NCBI RefSeq assembly: GCF_026210795.1
Contig: NC_089432.1
Location: 3,844,001-3,908,000 of the forward strand
DNA from: Rhizophagus irregularis
Taxonomy: Eukaryota
Reading direction: 5' to 3'
DNA: 64,000 nt
Positions 23,040 through 35,099 of the stretch are shown here, in pieces (position 1 is the first letter of the stretch; every line of letters starts with the position of its first letter). The position numbers were made by a program, and so were the translations under genes. The notes under the pieces were generated by a model. That model had not been told where the DNA came from. It was given only the letters and a program-made list of their open reading frames with translations, and ran no database searches.

Positions 23040-23531
23040 CTAAATTCGTACAGGAGCCGCTTATGCAAGAAGTTCTGCTAAGGTTTTCTCAGCCTCATTC
23101 ATAGTGACAGCTCACTTTGGGGGACCTGTTAATGAGTCCTTAGTTACATTATAATACAACTCGAAGAGGGCCTCAAGTTTGTCTAAAAGAGCTTGTTTAT
23201 TCTTGTATGATTCACGAATCTTTGCTATTTTAGCAGTATATGCTGCATTATCTGGAAAGAGTTTTCTGGCCACGAACTTCACATATTATACAGGAGACTT
23301 TGCTGTCTGAATTCTCTTGATATACTTCACATGATCCTGGACAAGGTAGCTGGTTTTGCTAAACCCAGATACTAATGCGACTACTATAGTGTCTTTTAAT
23401 GCATGGATAATCTTGAAGACAGTTTCATCAGAGACAATGGTGAACTGATTGCATGATGCATCATAAATAACTTCATCACTAATGCTGTCAGTGCAGTTAA
23501 TAATACTTGCTAATTCAGTATATGTTGACAT
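23040..23531 (-). pseudogene. Hypothetical protein, interrupted by stops (element B)
   Basis: The 81-aa ORF continues in frame past the TAA at 23286 (YVKFVARKLFPDN...). Confidence 0.4.
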
Positions 23532-23645
23532 GATTCCTTATACTTTTTTGTACTTTGTAATAAATAGGAATCTTCAAATTGACTTTACATTCAAGCAAGA
23601 AAAAAATATATATACCTACTGTAAATCCAACTGCATTCTTAGCAA

Positions 23646-25525
23646 TCATGTCCAGATAACCTTGTTTGCATTTTTCACATGGCAGTATCCTGCGGTTTCA
23701 AACTTGAGAGCTTTCAATGCTTTGGATGCATTTTCTGGACAAGTGATAAGTGTAGGACTACTCAGCTGTTCCTCTAGAATAAATCCATCTGTATGGATAC
23801 GTCGTACTTTATCCTTATATAGTTCTAATAACTCTGAAGTCATCTTCCGTCCATGTGTTAATAAGAATGGAGCAATCCTAGGATACTCACCCTTGAAGGG
23901 ACTACCTGGGTTTGTGAATTGGAATCGCCACTGGTCAGATCCTACTGGTATGATGGAGTCAAGTGTGTGGCCTTCTGGAAACTTGAATGGATCTGTTTGA
24001 TCTGTGGTGAGTGTCTTGTAATTGCATTTCCTCTGGTAGAGTGCTCCCCATAATGTATTGAGAACTCTCTTTGCAACACGACCGGCCACGCCACCCTGGT
24101 TCTTTATATTGAAGAAAAAGTGAACATACTCACCAAATATTACAGTCCCAGGAATTCTTGCTTCTCTGTCATATATCAAGGCATTTGGCTTTCCATCCTG
24201 GATTAACTGTATATCAAGACCAAGTTTCTTTGCTCGTTGTAAGTCAATGAATGTATAGACTCCCCTCTTATTCTGTCGGAAGAGAATGTCATTACCACTT
24301 ACCTTGCCCTTGGGCGCTCCCTGAGAGCTAGCACGAAATAATCCATACAAGGCATAACCTCTGTGGTCTACAAAGTCTTTGAGTATTTGAAACTTACCTT
24401 GTTGGATTGGAAAGTTAGCATTTGATTGCTGAATACTTGGATACAAACTTGTCACGTCGTATTGTCTTCCATAGCCCTTCCATTCATTATCTGCCCAGAT
24501 AAGACCTCCCATCATTGCATCACTTATCCACTCTGCTTCGACTGGATCAAGAGGATCATTAGCTGGAACTTCTACACTAAACCGTTCAAAAAGCCAGAGA
24601 GCAGTTCTCTTGTACGACCAGTTGTGGTAAGATAAGTCGATTCCTAGACCGAACTTCTTTGTAGCCTGTAGAAAGGAATCCCACTCTTCATGAATCCTCT
24701 GGTATGTTTCCTCAAGTGTTTCATATATTCCAGTTTTACGATTCTTCTCAATAGGGATGAAGGAGTAACTATCAGAGTTCTTACCTTTCTGAAACTGTCC
24801 AACTGTAAGAGACTTAACTGTCTTACCATTGTATATTGTTACTACATTATTAACCCCATCTTCACGATAAACAAAGGGAGACTTTTGTTTTCTATCTAAT
24901 TTACTAGGGTGAAGTCTTCCAGGATTCAGTGCAAGAGAGTAGTGGCCTTCAGACAGGATGAAGGTTGCACGTCTGTCAGATTTGCTCTTGGAAATTCGAG
25001 TGGAATCCCTACAATATTAAGTGCAAGACTTTCTGCAAGTTGTTCAACCTTATCCATATATGAGACTGGAACTGGAGCATCACGATTGAGACCTAATGCC
25101 TTTTTGATATATTCAGGCTTTTTTATAGTCTCGGGTATTTTAGAGAATATACCATAGATATGCTTCAGGCATTCATACAGGCAATCATTTAGCTCCCCAT
25201 TGCATCCCCCTGCAACCAGTGGAGCATCTCTCACATAAATTATGAATCGTTCAAAGTAATCAGGATCTGCATCATCTGGTAGTTGTGCTTCATCATAGTG
25301 GTCCAAGAGTGAGAAGAGGCTGGCTGGTTGGTTTCCTGATGTCCATCCACCGAGTTTCCAGTTTTCATAGGGAAGTAGGATCTGGAACTTTCTATCTGGA
25401 AATCGCGCCTGGAGAGTCTGACCGAGTCTGGCGATAGCTCCTCTGGAAAAGCGGGCACTGGAATACTGAAGTTCCTTGATGTCAGGTCGTGTTGGTAAAG
25501 TGCGGGCGATTCTTGAGTATTGCAT
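23646..25525 (-). pseudogene. Compact family-B DNA polymerase (protein-primed-like), frameshifted
   Basis: MMGG, motif A RQYDVTSLYPS, motif B KRVLNTLWGAL, motif C variant RIHTDGF. The N-terminal piece (24926-25525, with NDCLYECL) is joined via frameshifts. Confidence 0.85.
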
Positions 25526-25609
25526 TTTTATGTATATGACTTGTCTTTAACTATAAATAATATCTTTCTATATATATACGAAAAAAAAAGAAATAATCTC
25601 AAATAGCGC

Positions 25610-28159
25610 TTACAATATGTCATTGATAGCGCCCTCAGTATCCTTTTCATTCCAGTCATCGATGATTCCATTGGCGGCCTCCCATTCATGTTCCATATCA
25701 GTTTTTGGACGTTCCTCTGGGATTTCTCGTGCCTTACCTTTATTTATCTTCATAGTTTCATAACCAGAGGTAGTAGGGATAATCTCAGCATCACGATCCT
25801 CCTTGTATACTCTTATTAGATTTGCGAGTTCTTTACGGCTAGGTGTTTTAGGTGAGTTCCCATTATATTCGATCCAGTCCTTGAAGCGGTCTACTACTTC
25901 CCTAAGGTAGTACTGGTACTCGTCCTCAATACGTGTTGTGGGACATTCCTCTACTTCAAACACGAGTATTTTCCAGTCATACTCGTCTGACACGTCTTGG
26001 TACTTAGCCCATAAATCCTTACCTGTATTGTAGAGATCATTGAAGACCTGGTCCTTTGAATTCTTGACCCATGGCTTACGATCCCATCAGTGTCTTTCAT
26101 GCCAAGCCCAGTGTGCTTGAGTACCTTCCTTTGGTTCAGGGTCCCGGTCAACTTCTAGTTCTGTATCGAGTTCTGGGATAGGTTGCTCTTCAGGAGCTGG
26201 TTCTGAATCAGGCTTAGTGACAGATGCAGAAGATTCTGCGGGAGACTCGGATTGTTGTTCAGGAGCTGGGTTCACAGTTGTAAAATCTGAGTCAGATAGC
26301 AAGTCATCTAAAACGTCGTAGTCATCATCAGCTTTAAATGCAGGTTTCTCAGCAGACAGCTCATTTTCTTGATCAGGTTCCTCATCAGATAGATAACAGT
26401 CCGAGAAGCTATCTATAGGTTCATTAGTATCTGACTCTATAGGAGCTGGAGATTCCTCAGGAATAGGATCCTCATTGATGACAGGTGCGGGTTTTGCCTT
26501 CAAGCAATCGGGCTTAAGTGGTACTGGTGGTGAAGTCTTTTTGGAAACTGGTTTCTCTTCAGTAGGCTTCTTCTCGACAGGAGCGGGTTTTTCCTCAGCA
26601 GGTTTCTCAACAACTGGCTCCACTTCCTCTTGATCTACTTGCGATTTACTAGCTGGATTATATATATTTGCCAAGAACTTTACCAAGGCATTTGGATCAG
26701 ATGCGGGCTTCTCAGGAGTTTCTACATTTATTCCTTTTATATTGATTTCATCTGTTTCGTGGATCCATTTTTTGGTGAGAAACTTCTTGTAAAGGTCCTC
26801 CCTGGATATGCTATAAACTCGTGGTGTTGCCTTACCTACACGTATTTTTCTGCTATTTATACCCAACTCATTTGATAGGATTCTAGAAGCGTTTATCTTT
26901 GATAGGGGTGTAATGCAATGAGTTTCACAGTATGAAGTATATACCCTATAAAATTCTTAAACAGGTAGATCGGTTATATGATTTTTTACTATGAGGTAAG
27001 TGTCCTTTATGAATTGAAATAGGGGTGGAAGAGTCGATATGATGTGATCCTGCTTAGATGTTGTCATAGGTGGTGGATTCCCATTGAAGTCTGGATAAGC
27101 ATCTGCAATGGCTCTCAAGTAAGCATAGAATGCCTCACTGGCGCCTGGGTATTTCATAGCGTTACTGAGTTTCTTAAAGTAGTTGAGGTCTCCCTTGCGG
27201 GATGGTGATACATCCAAGAACACTGTGCACCTATCGTCATTCTCCACTCTGAGAGCATTTTCATTAGTGAATACAATGGTGGATATAAAGTTTTTGTAAT
27301 GTGTTGGCATCTTGTATTTTTCATGGATTTCCATTATGTCACCTGTTACCTTATCCTTCAACGATCAATACAGATTATTCCACTGGCTTTTTTCTGTAGG
27401 CATTTCCTCGAGGAGGAGAAGAACCTTACCTTGTAATTGCCCATTAAAACTTCCAAGAATCGTTTGAGGATCGCTGGTCTTATAAACAAGTTGAGTACCT
27501 AAGACACTACGTTGAATGAAATCTGTTATAATACTCTTACCCCAACCCTGTCCAGATTTCAGGTAGAGAATACATTTTCCTTCCAGCTGCCACACCGGCC
27601 AACCACTTTATGATATACTCAGTAAGATTCCAATCGCCTGAACACCAGATATCCTGAATGTGAAAGAAGATAAATTTAACCGCGAGGTGGGTTGTAGATT
27701 CAAAGTGGATATCGAACGCAGGATATGGAGGAATCCTGGAAAGATATTGAGATAAAGTTGGCCACCTAGTTTAAAGATACGGGATTTTTGAGGGTCACAG
27801 GTAGCTACACATACAGTACTATATTCGATCATAAACCATTTGTTGATATTAAATTCAACCTTTTGTGAAGGACCCTGTTCAGATTGTGTGTAAAAGACTT
27901 TGGTAATTGGACGGATAAGTTTATTAATATTTTTATCAGGGATGTGCTCAAGGTTTTTGATTTCTGATCGCCACATGAAGACTCCATGCGGGTTGGAACA
28001 GGGGATAAAGTAACTGCAAAGATAACCTTTAGCTTGATTGAGATCCCTCATATTCTTTGCAGCGTTAATGAGCCGTTTAAGCTCATCAATACTAAAAGCC
28101 TTCTTTTGTTCACCGAACTTGGAGATAACTTGAGCTTGAGTGCTAGTTTGGGCAGTCAT
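25610..28159 (-). pseudogene. D5-like superfamily 3 helicase with Pro/Glu-rich tail, fragmented
   Basis: Walker A LKSGQGWGKS, FNGQLQGKVLLLLEE (Walker B), IVFTNENALRVENDDR (motif C and Arg finger); five ORF pieces in register. Confidence 0.88.
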
Positions 28160-28378
28160 TTTTTGTTCTATCAAATCGAGTACTAATTTATAGTTACCTA
28201 ATCTTCAATTGCCGAATATTTTTTCCAAAGATCTGCACTCCTACCAGGTTACCCTCCTGTAGTCCTATGGTCCTGCGATTCTGCGGTCCTCCGGTTATAT
28301 CTGGTTATCTTCTAGGGGTAAAAAAAAACTATAAACCACGAACCTTTACGACTGCTCTAAATCTTCCCTTCCCCTTTT

Positions 28379-28738
28379 TCAAACTACATATATCTGAAAT
28401 CCAAACCGCTCAAGAGCTCCTTTTACTATAGTTAGCTTTTTTCTAGTGTCCGTTAACTCTTTATAAGCCTTTTGATATGCCTCCCATTCAAGTTCATGGA
28501 GGATACCCTCCTCCTCCAATGATTGGCCAAGAGCATCATTTGCTTTTTCCTTCTTTTCTACTGCCCTGTCGTATGCCTCCTCGGCTTTTTTATGCCGCTT
28601 CCAGAGTACTCGTTCAGCTTCGGCTCTCCAGATTGGGCTGACTTCTAGAAGATGTGGCCCGAAATTGCTACTTGGAATGCATTCCAGGATATGGCCTACA
28701 AGTTCGGGGATTACTGATACTACGTGCGGGGTATACAT
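28379..28738 (-). CDS. Small F-box-like / coiled-coil protein next to the right TIR
   Basis: IPELVGHILECIP...LLEVSPIWRAEA resembles an F-box. Confidence 0.55.
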   Translation of the reverse strand: MYTPHVVSVIPELVGHILECIPSSNFGPHLLEVSPIWRAEAERVLWKRHKKAEEAYDRAVEKKEKANDALGQSLEEEGILHELEWEAYQKAYKELTDTRKKLTIVKGALERFGFQIYVV

Positions 28739-28767
28739 GTTATCTGTCCTTATAGATTACTTATGGT

Positions 28768-29230
28768 ATACCCATTGTTCAATTACTTATTTTTTCTGAT
28801 GGGGGTGGGATGGGGTTGGTCTTACTGGCTCTATAGTCCTTCTAGGGGCTTACCTGCTAACTTACCTGGTTTGCTATCTCACTGCTCCTAACAGGTTATT
28901 AGACGGAATCCTGACTTGTTCCAGATGTTCCGGATGTGGCGGATCTGGGGGGTAAAAATAAAACTTTTTCTGGGGGGATGTCCTCTCATAATTTTTCTGA
29001 AACATCTGCCACATCTGCCACATCTGGGACAACCCTCTCATTATATCCGTTATTGCTTCCTTTTCTATTGTTTTCTAGTTATTTGGTATATATATTTGTT
29101 CCAGATGTTGTCCCAGATTGTGGCGGATATATGGGGATTCCTGAGCCCCGTAGGGGCCATATAGGTACTGCGACGGGTCGTAGACCCGGAGGTGGGTGGT
29201 GCTTGCACCTTCCACATCCAGCCTGACAAT
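28768..29230 (-). repeat. Right TIR of element B (463 bp)
   Basis: Ends in CCAGCCTGACAAT versus the expected CCAGCCCGACGAC (three transitions), followed by the TSD ACTTC. Confidence 0.95.
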
Positions 29231-29414
29231 ACTTCTAATATACTCAGGTAAACATATTACTCTGACACGCAAGTATGATTCTGATGACTAATCCCGTCCC
29301 ACCCCTAGAAGATAATTAGGTAGGACCGAAGGAGCACGGATCTTTGGAAAAATATATTCGGCAATTGAAGTTTAGGTAACTATAAATTAGATCCCGATTC
29401 AACAGAATGAAAAA

Positions 29415-31835
29415 ATGACCACTCAAGCTCAAGTTATCCCCAAATTCGGTGAACAAACGAAAGCCTTCAGTATTGATGAGCTTAAATGGCTTATTGTTGC
29501 TGCTAAGAGTATGAGTGACCTCGATCAAGCCAAGAGGTATCTTTGCAGTTATTTCATTCCCTATGCAGATCCTCATGGAGTTTTCTGGTGGGACCTGGAT
29601 AGTAAAAGTTTGAAACACATTATTGACAAAAATATTGGTAAACTTATCCGTCCAATCACGAAGGCATTCTACACACAACCTGAACAAGGACCCTCTTAAA
29701 AGACCGAGTTCAACATCTACAAGTGGTTTATGGTCGAGAATACTGATGTATGTAATGCAACCTGTGATCCTCATAAACAGCGAATCTTCAGATCCTTAAC
29801 TGGCCAACTCTATCTAAATATCTTCCTGGGATTCCTTCACGTCTTGCATCTGATATCCACCTTTGAGTCTACAATTCACCTCGCGGTTAAATTTATCTTC
29901 TCTCACATTCAGGATATCTGGTGTTCGGGTGATTGGAATCTCACTGAGTATATCATCAAGTGGTTGGCCGGTGTATCTGCTGGAAGGAAGATGTACTCGA
30001 TTCTCTACCTAAAATCTGGACAGGGTTGGGGCAAAGGTATTATAATAGATTTCATTTAGCGCAGCGTCCTAGGCACTCAACTTGTTTATAAGACCAGCGA
30101 TCCTCAGACGATTCTTGGAAGTTTTAATGGGCAATTACAGGGTAAGGTCCTTCTTCTTCTCGAGGAAATGCCCACAGAAAAAAGCCAGTGGAATAATCTG
30201 TATCGCTTTTTGAAGGATAAAGTAACGAGTAACATAATGGAAATCCATGAAAAATACAAGACGCCAACACATTACAAGAACTTTATGTTCACCATCGTCC
30301 TAACCAACGAAAATGCTCTCAGAGTGGAGAATGACGATAGGCACACAGTGTTCTTAGATGTGTCACCATCCCGCAAGGGAGACCTCAACTACTTCAAAAA
30401 ACTCAGTGACGCTATGAAATACCCAGGCGCCAGTGAGGCATTCTATGCTTACTTGAGAGCCATCGCAGACACTTACCTAGACTTCAATGGGAATCTGCCA
30501 CCCATGACAACATCCAAACAGGAACATATCATCTCAACTCTTCCACCGCTATTCCAATTTATAAAGGACACATACCTCGTAATGAAAAATTATATGACCG
30601 ACCTACCTGTTCAAGAATTTTATAGGGTATATACTTCATATTGCGAAACTCATTGCATTTCACCCCTATCAAAGATAAATGCTTCTAGAATCCTATCAAA
30701 TGAGTTAAATATAAATAGTGATCAAATGTATATTGATAAGAAGCACACTCAAGTTTACAGCATATCCAGGGAGGACCTCTACAAGAAATTCCTCAGCAAA
30801 AACTGGATCCACAAAACAGACGAGATAGACATAGAAGGAATAGATGTAGATACTCCCGAGAAGCCCGCATTAGACCCCAATGCCTTGGATAAGTTCTTGG
30901 CAAATATATATAATCCAGCTAACAATTCACAAGATGTACAAGAAAAACCTGCTGAGAAAAAACTCGCTAAGAAAAAACCCGTACCTGTCAAGGAAAAACC
31001 CGCACCTGTAATTCGCAAGATGCCTCCACCGCTTTCACCCAAGCCTGATCACTTAAAAGAACGTCCACAAGAGTTAAGGGAAGAAAAACCGTCTGCCCCC
31101 GAGCCAGATAACTATGACGTCTTAGATGACTTGTTATCAGACTTAGATTCTACAACCGTGGACCCAGTTCTTGAGCAACAACCCGCAGAATCTTCCACAA
31201 AATCCGAATCCCTTGCAGATTCTAAATTTTCTACAGAACCTGTAGTAGTACTGGCTCCCAAAGAGCAACTTATTCCAGAACCTGACACAGAACCAGAAGT
31301 CGACCGGGATCCTGAACTAAAGGAAGGTACTCGAGCACACTGGACTTGGCAAAAAAGGCACCGATGGGATCGCAAGCCGTGGGTTAAAAATTCAAAGGAC
31401 CAGGCCTTCGATGATCTCTAAAATACAGGTAAGGAATTATGGGCCAAGTACCAAGACGCGTCAGATGAATACGACTGGAAAATACTTGCGTTTGAAGTAG
31501 AGGAATGTCCTACAACGCGTATTGAGGACAAGTACCAGTACTACCTTAGGGAAGTAGTAGACTGCTTTAAGGATTGGATTGAATATAATGGATACTTATC
31601 TAAAACACCTAGCCGTAAAGAATTCGCGGATTTAATAAGATAATCGTAATGCCAAGATTATCCCCACCCCCTTTGGTTATGAAACTATGAGGGCAGATAA
31701 AGGTAAAGCGCGAGAGATCCCAAAGAACGTCTAAAAACTGATATGGAACGCCAGTGGGAAGCCGCCAATGGAATCATCGATGACTGGGATGAAGAGAATC
31801 TTGATCGTGTATGCAGCAAGATTGACTCCTTTTAA
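29415..31835 (+). pseudogene. D5-like SF3 helicase of element A
   Basis: Close paralogue of 25610-28159 (LKSGQGWGKG, MPTEKSQWNNLY, TNENALRVENDDR), with in-frame stops. Confidence 0.88.
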
Positions 31836-31918
31836 TAAGATAAGCACTTCTTAGTTATCTTATATTTTTTGTATAAAAAACCTATATTACAACTGAACAC
31901 AATTCATAAATACATTAA

Positions 31919-32208
31919 ATGGTTTATTCAGAGATTGTCCGTGCTTTACCTATAAGACTGGATATCAAAGAATTACAGTATTCAGGCGCAAGATTTTCTA
32001 GAGGATCAATAGTAAGACTTGGACAGCGACTCCAATCCCGGTATTCGACACATAAATTCCAGATCCTGCTTCCCTATGAAAACTGGAAACCCAGTGGATG
32101 GACATCAGAAAATGAACCGGTAAGTCTCTTTTCACTGTTAGACCATTATGATGAAGCACAACTACCGGACGACGCAGACCCCGATTATTTCGAACGATTT
32201 ATAATTTA
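31919..32208 (+). pseudogene. 5' fragment of the PolB gene of element A
   Basis: Matches the N-terminus of 24926-25525 up to YFERFIIY, then switches to unrelated AT-rich DNA. Confidence 0.85.
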
Positions 32209-33023
32209 CTTTGCTGAAACTTGGAGTTTACAATCGATATTGATTAGATATTGCAATGATATTATTACGATATCATTATGATATTTTGATAAAAAATAGA
32301 TTCGACGTCATTAAGTTAGTCGTAACTGTATTTAATCGACATCGATTAGTTCGATATCTCTGCGATATCACTGCGATCATTATGCGATGTAAATATTATC
32401 ACGTAACCACATCGTAGTGATGTCATATTAACATTGAATTAATATTACAAAATATTTGACATTTTATTTGATATCGTAACCACATCGTAGTGATATCATA
32501 TTAACATCAAATTAATATTGCAAAATATTTGACATTTTATTTGATATCGTAACCACATTGTAGCCATATCGTAGTGATATCATATTAACATTGAATTAAT
32601 ATTGCAAAAATATTAAAAATATTTTACATCTATTTGATATCATAGCCACATCGTAGTGATGTCGTATTAACATTGAATTAATATTACAATTTTATTTGAT
32701 ATCGTAACTACATCATAATAATATCATATTAATATCGAATTAATATTACAAAAAATGTTTTACATTTATTTAATATCGTAACTACATCGTAATGATATTA
32801 TATTAATACTGAATTAACATCACAAAAATATTTTTATTGTAATATATGTTTATTATTTATTATACATTAATAATAATAATTTTTTATTAGTGGATTATTA
32901 TGGGTGAGTGGAGTACGTTTCTTTTCTTCCTTTTTTTTTTATTCTTTTCTTCTCTTTTTTATTCTTTTCTTCTCGTATGTGAGTGGATGGATACGTCATT
33001 TTCAATTTTAAAATATATATATA

Positions 33024-33984
33024 CAGTCAACTCTCTTTATAGTCACACATTTGGGACAGTCCATATTTGGTGATTATAAAGAGATGTGACTATATAAAAT
33101 ATTTCTTATATTTGTATATCATAATTCCGGCCAAAAATTAACATAATTTTAGCCAGAATTATACTTAAAACTTTATTGTATCATAACTTCGCCAATATTA
33201 ATCGTAGAGAGATGATCTTACCGCCATTCGATTCGTCTTGATGAGACGGTTCTAATGGTATAAAATACGTCGAAATCCAATCACTAGATTAATTTCCGAA
33301 ATTAAAAAAATATTAATGGTTTTTGTGTAATAACTCTGCCAATATTGATCCTAGAAAGACGATCTTACTACCATTCGATTCGTCTTGATGAGACGAATCT
33401 AATGGTATAAGATACATCGAAATCCAATCACTAGATCAATTTCCGAAATTAAAAAATATTAAATGGTTTTTAAGTAATAACTCCGTCAATATTGATCACA
33501 GAGAGATGAGCTTACCACCATTCGATTCGTTTCGATGAGGCGATTCCAACGAGCTATAAAACGTCTTTTTACAATCACTAGGTACCGAGAAATCTAGCAA
33601 AATGTTAAATGGCGCAGTAAACGTAAATCAAGAAATATTATAATGCTGATGTTTAACATTTTGTTGAATAACTCGTCAGCCAGTGATCAGAAACGGATAA
33701 AACTACCACCATTCGATTCGTCTCAGTGAGACGATTCTAACAAGCTATGATACATCTTTGTACGATTATTAGATGCCAAGTTATTTAATATATTCTTTAT
33801 ATAACTGTGATTATAAACGGTTCTTTTTAATATAAGATTTTTGAGGATAGGTGTGATAGTGACTATAGATAGATTGTGACTATATAGGATAGATTTTAAT
33901 AATAAAGTGTTTTGAACATTCAACTGGTGTGACTATATAGTAGAATGTGACTATAACGGGAGTGACTATAGAGGGAGTTGACTG
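33024..33984. mobile_element. Tc1/mariner (pogo-like) non-autonomous element
   Basis: TIR CAGTCAACTCYCTYTATAGTCAC at both ends, inserted in a TA run; internal ~150-bp repeats carry a palindromic motif. Confidence 0.88.
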
Positions 33985-35099
33985 TATATATATAAAAAAA
34001 ATAAAAAAAACAATCATGATTAATAAAATGTACTCTTTGTAAAATATATTTAAAATTTAATACATAACCTTGGGATAATAGTTAGAGCAGGTAATTCTGG
34101 GATTTTGTAAAGAATAATAAAAATGATAATATTTTTAAGTTAGTTCTTTCTTTAAATTTTTTTGAAAGTGTTTTGTTTCTTAAAATCATAATATTGTAAA
34201 AAAATGCTGGTTGCTACGACTGACAGATAACGACAAATTGTCAGGCTACCCCTGGACAAAGTAATTGGAAGGCGGAAAATGCCATAAATATTCAGCCCTA
34301 TTTTACAACATTTTTTTCCAGGCTAAAGCAAATATTACAAAAGAAATTGCAAATATATTTAACAAGCAATAGATACATGGCTGTTGAAAAATATATTCAC
34401 ATTTATACCACAGTCTAACAAAAAAATACTCAAATCACAACATATTGTAAAAAAAATATGAAAAATATGCGTATATCCTATTTTCATACCTTGCTTAACA
34501 GCTCCACTATTTATTTAAAAAATGGCTTTTTTCTTTTTTGTATGTGGGTAGGTGGGTACATTTTTCCTTTCTTTTATTCTTTTCTTTCGTATGTGAGTGG
34601 CGGGTACATTCTTTACTAAAAATTATAGTTTTTTTGATATGTATTTGAAATCATTTTGCTATAATTTTGATATTTATTTTATATTTATTACATTATAATT
34701 TTGAAACTATCACAAATGATGTTATCTATAATTGTAATTTCATATCAAATCATTTTATAATACTTTTAAAATTGTTTTGTAATTGTATTCAATTAAATAT
34801 GCAATTAATTTATAATTGATGTTAAATATATGTTGTAACTATTTTATAATATATTTATAATCATTTACAAATACATCAAAGATATTATGAATGCTTTATA
34901 AAAATATATTTAAAATGTATTTTAATTCAGTATATAATTACTTTATAATTAGTTATTAATATATTTGTAGCTTATTTATTAAACATTTGTAATTGCTTTT
35001 TTATATAATATATATGTAACAACAATTAATCCTAAATATATATATAACTTATTCTCTATTCACGATCAGTCAAGTTGATCACTTCAATCATAAAATTAG

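Larger units (their letters stand above)
14535..29230. mobile_element. Complete Polinton-like element B (~14.7 kb) with a Gag-protease module
   Basis: TIRs 14535-15155 and 28768-29230; ACTTC on both flanks (14530-14534 and 29231-29235); intronless, tightly packed genes with higher GC than the surroundings. Confidence 0.92.
14074..32208. mobile_element. Polinton-like element A (host copy; own sequence 14074-14534 plus 29236-32208), truncated by an insertion at 32209
   Basis: Starts with GTCATCGGGCTGG, a variant of element B's terminus GTCGTCGGGCTGG. Its terminal region shares blocks with B's TIR (CCCCAGAAAAAGTTTTATTTTTACCCCCC). After B it resumes with helicase then PolB genes paralogous to those of B. 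Confidence 0.8.

Noticed and set aside
23482..24000. 172-aa + strand ORF
   Set aside because: Antisense shadow of the PolB gene.
25610..31835. Inverted helicase pair as one giant inverted repeat or assembly artefact
   Set aside because: The copies are clearly diverged and separated by B's TIR and TSD, so they belong to two nested elements.
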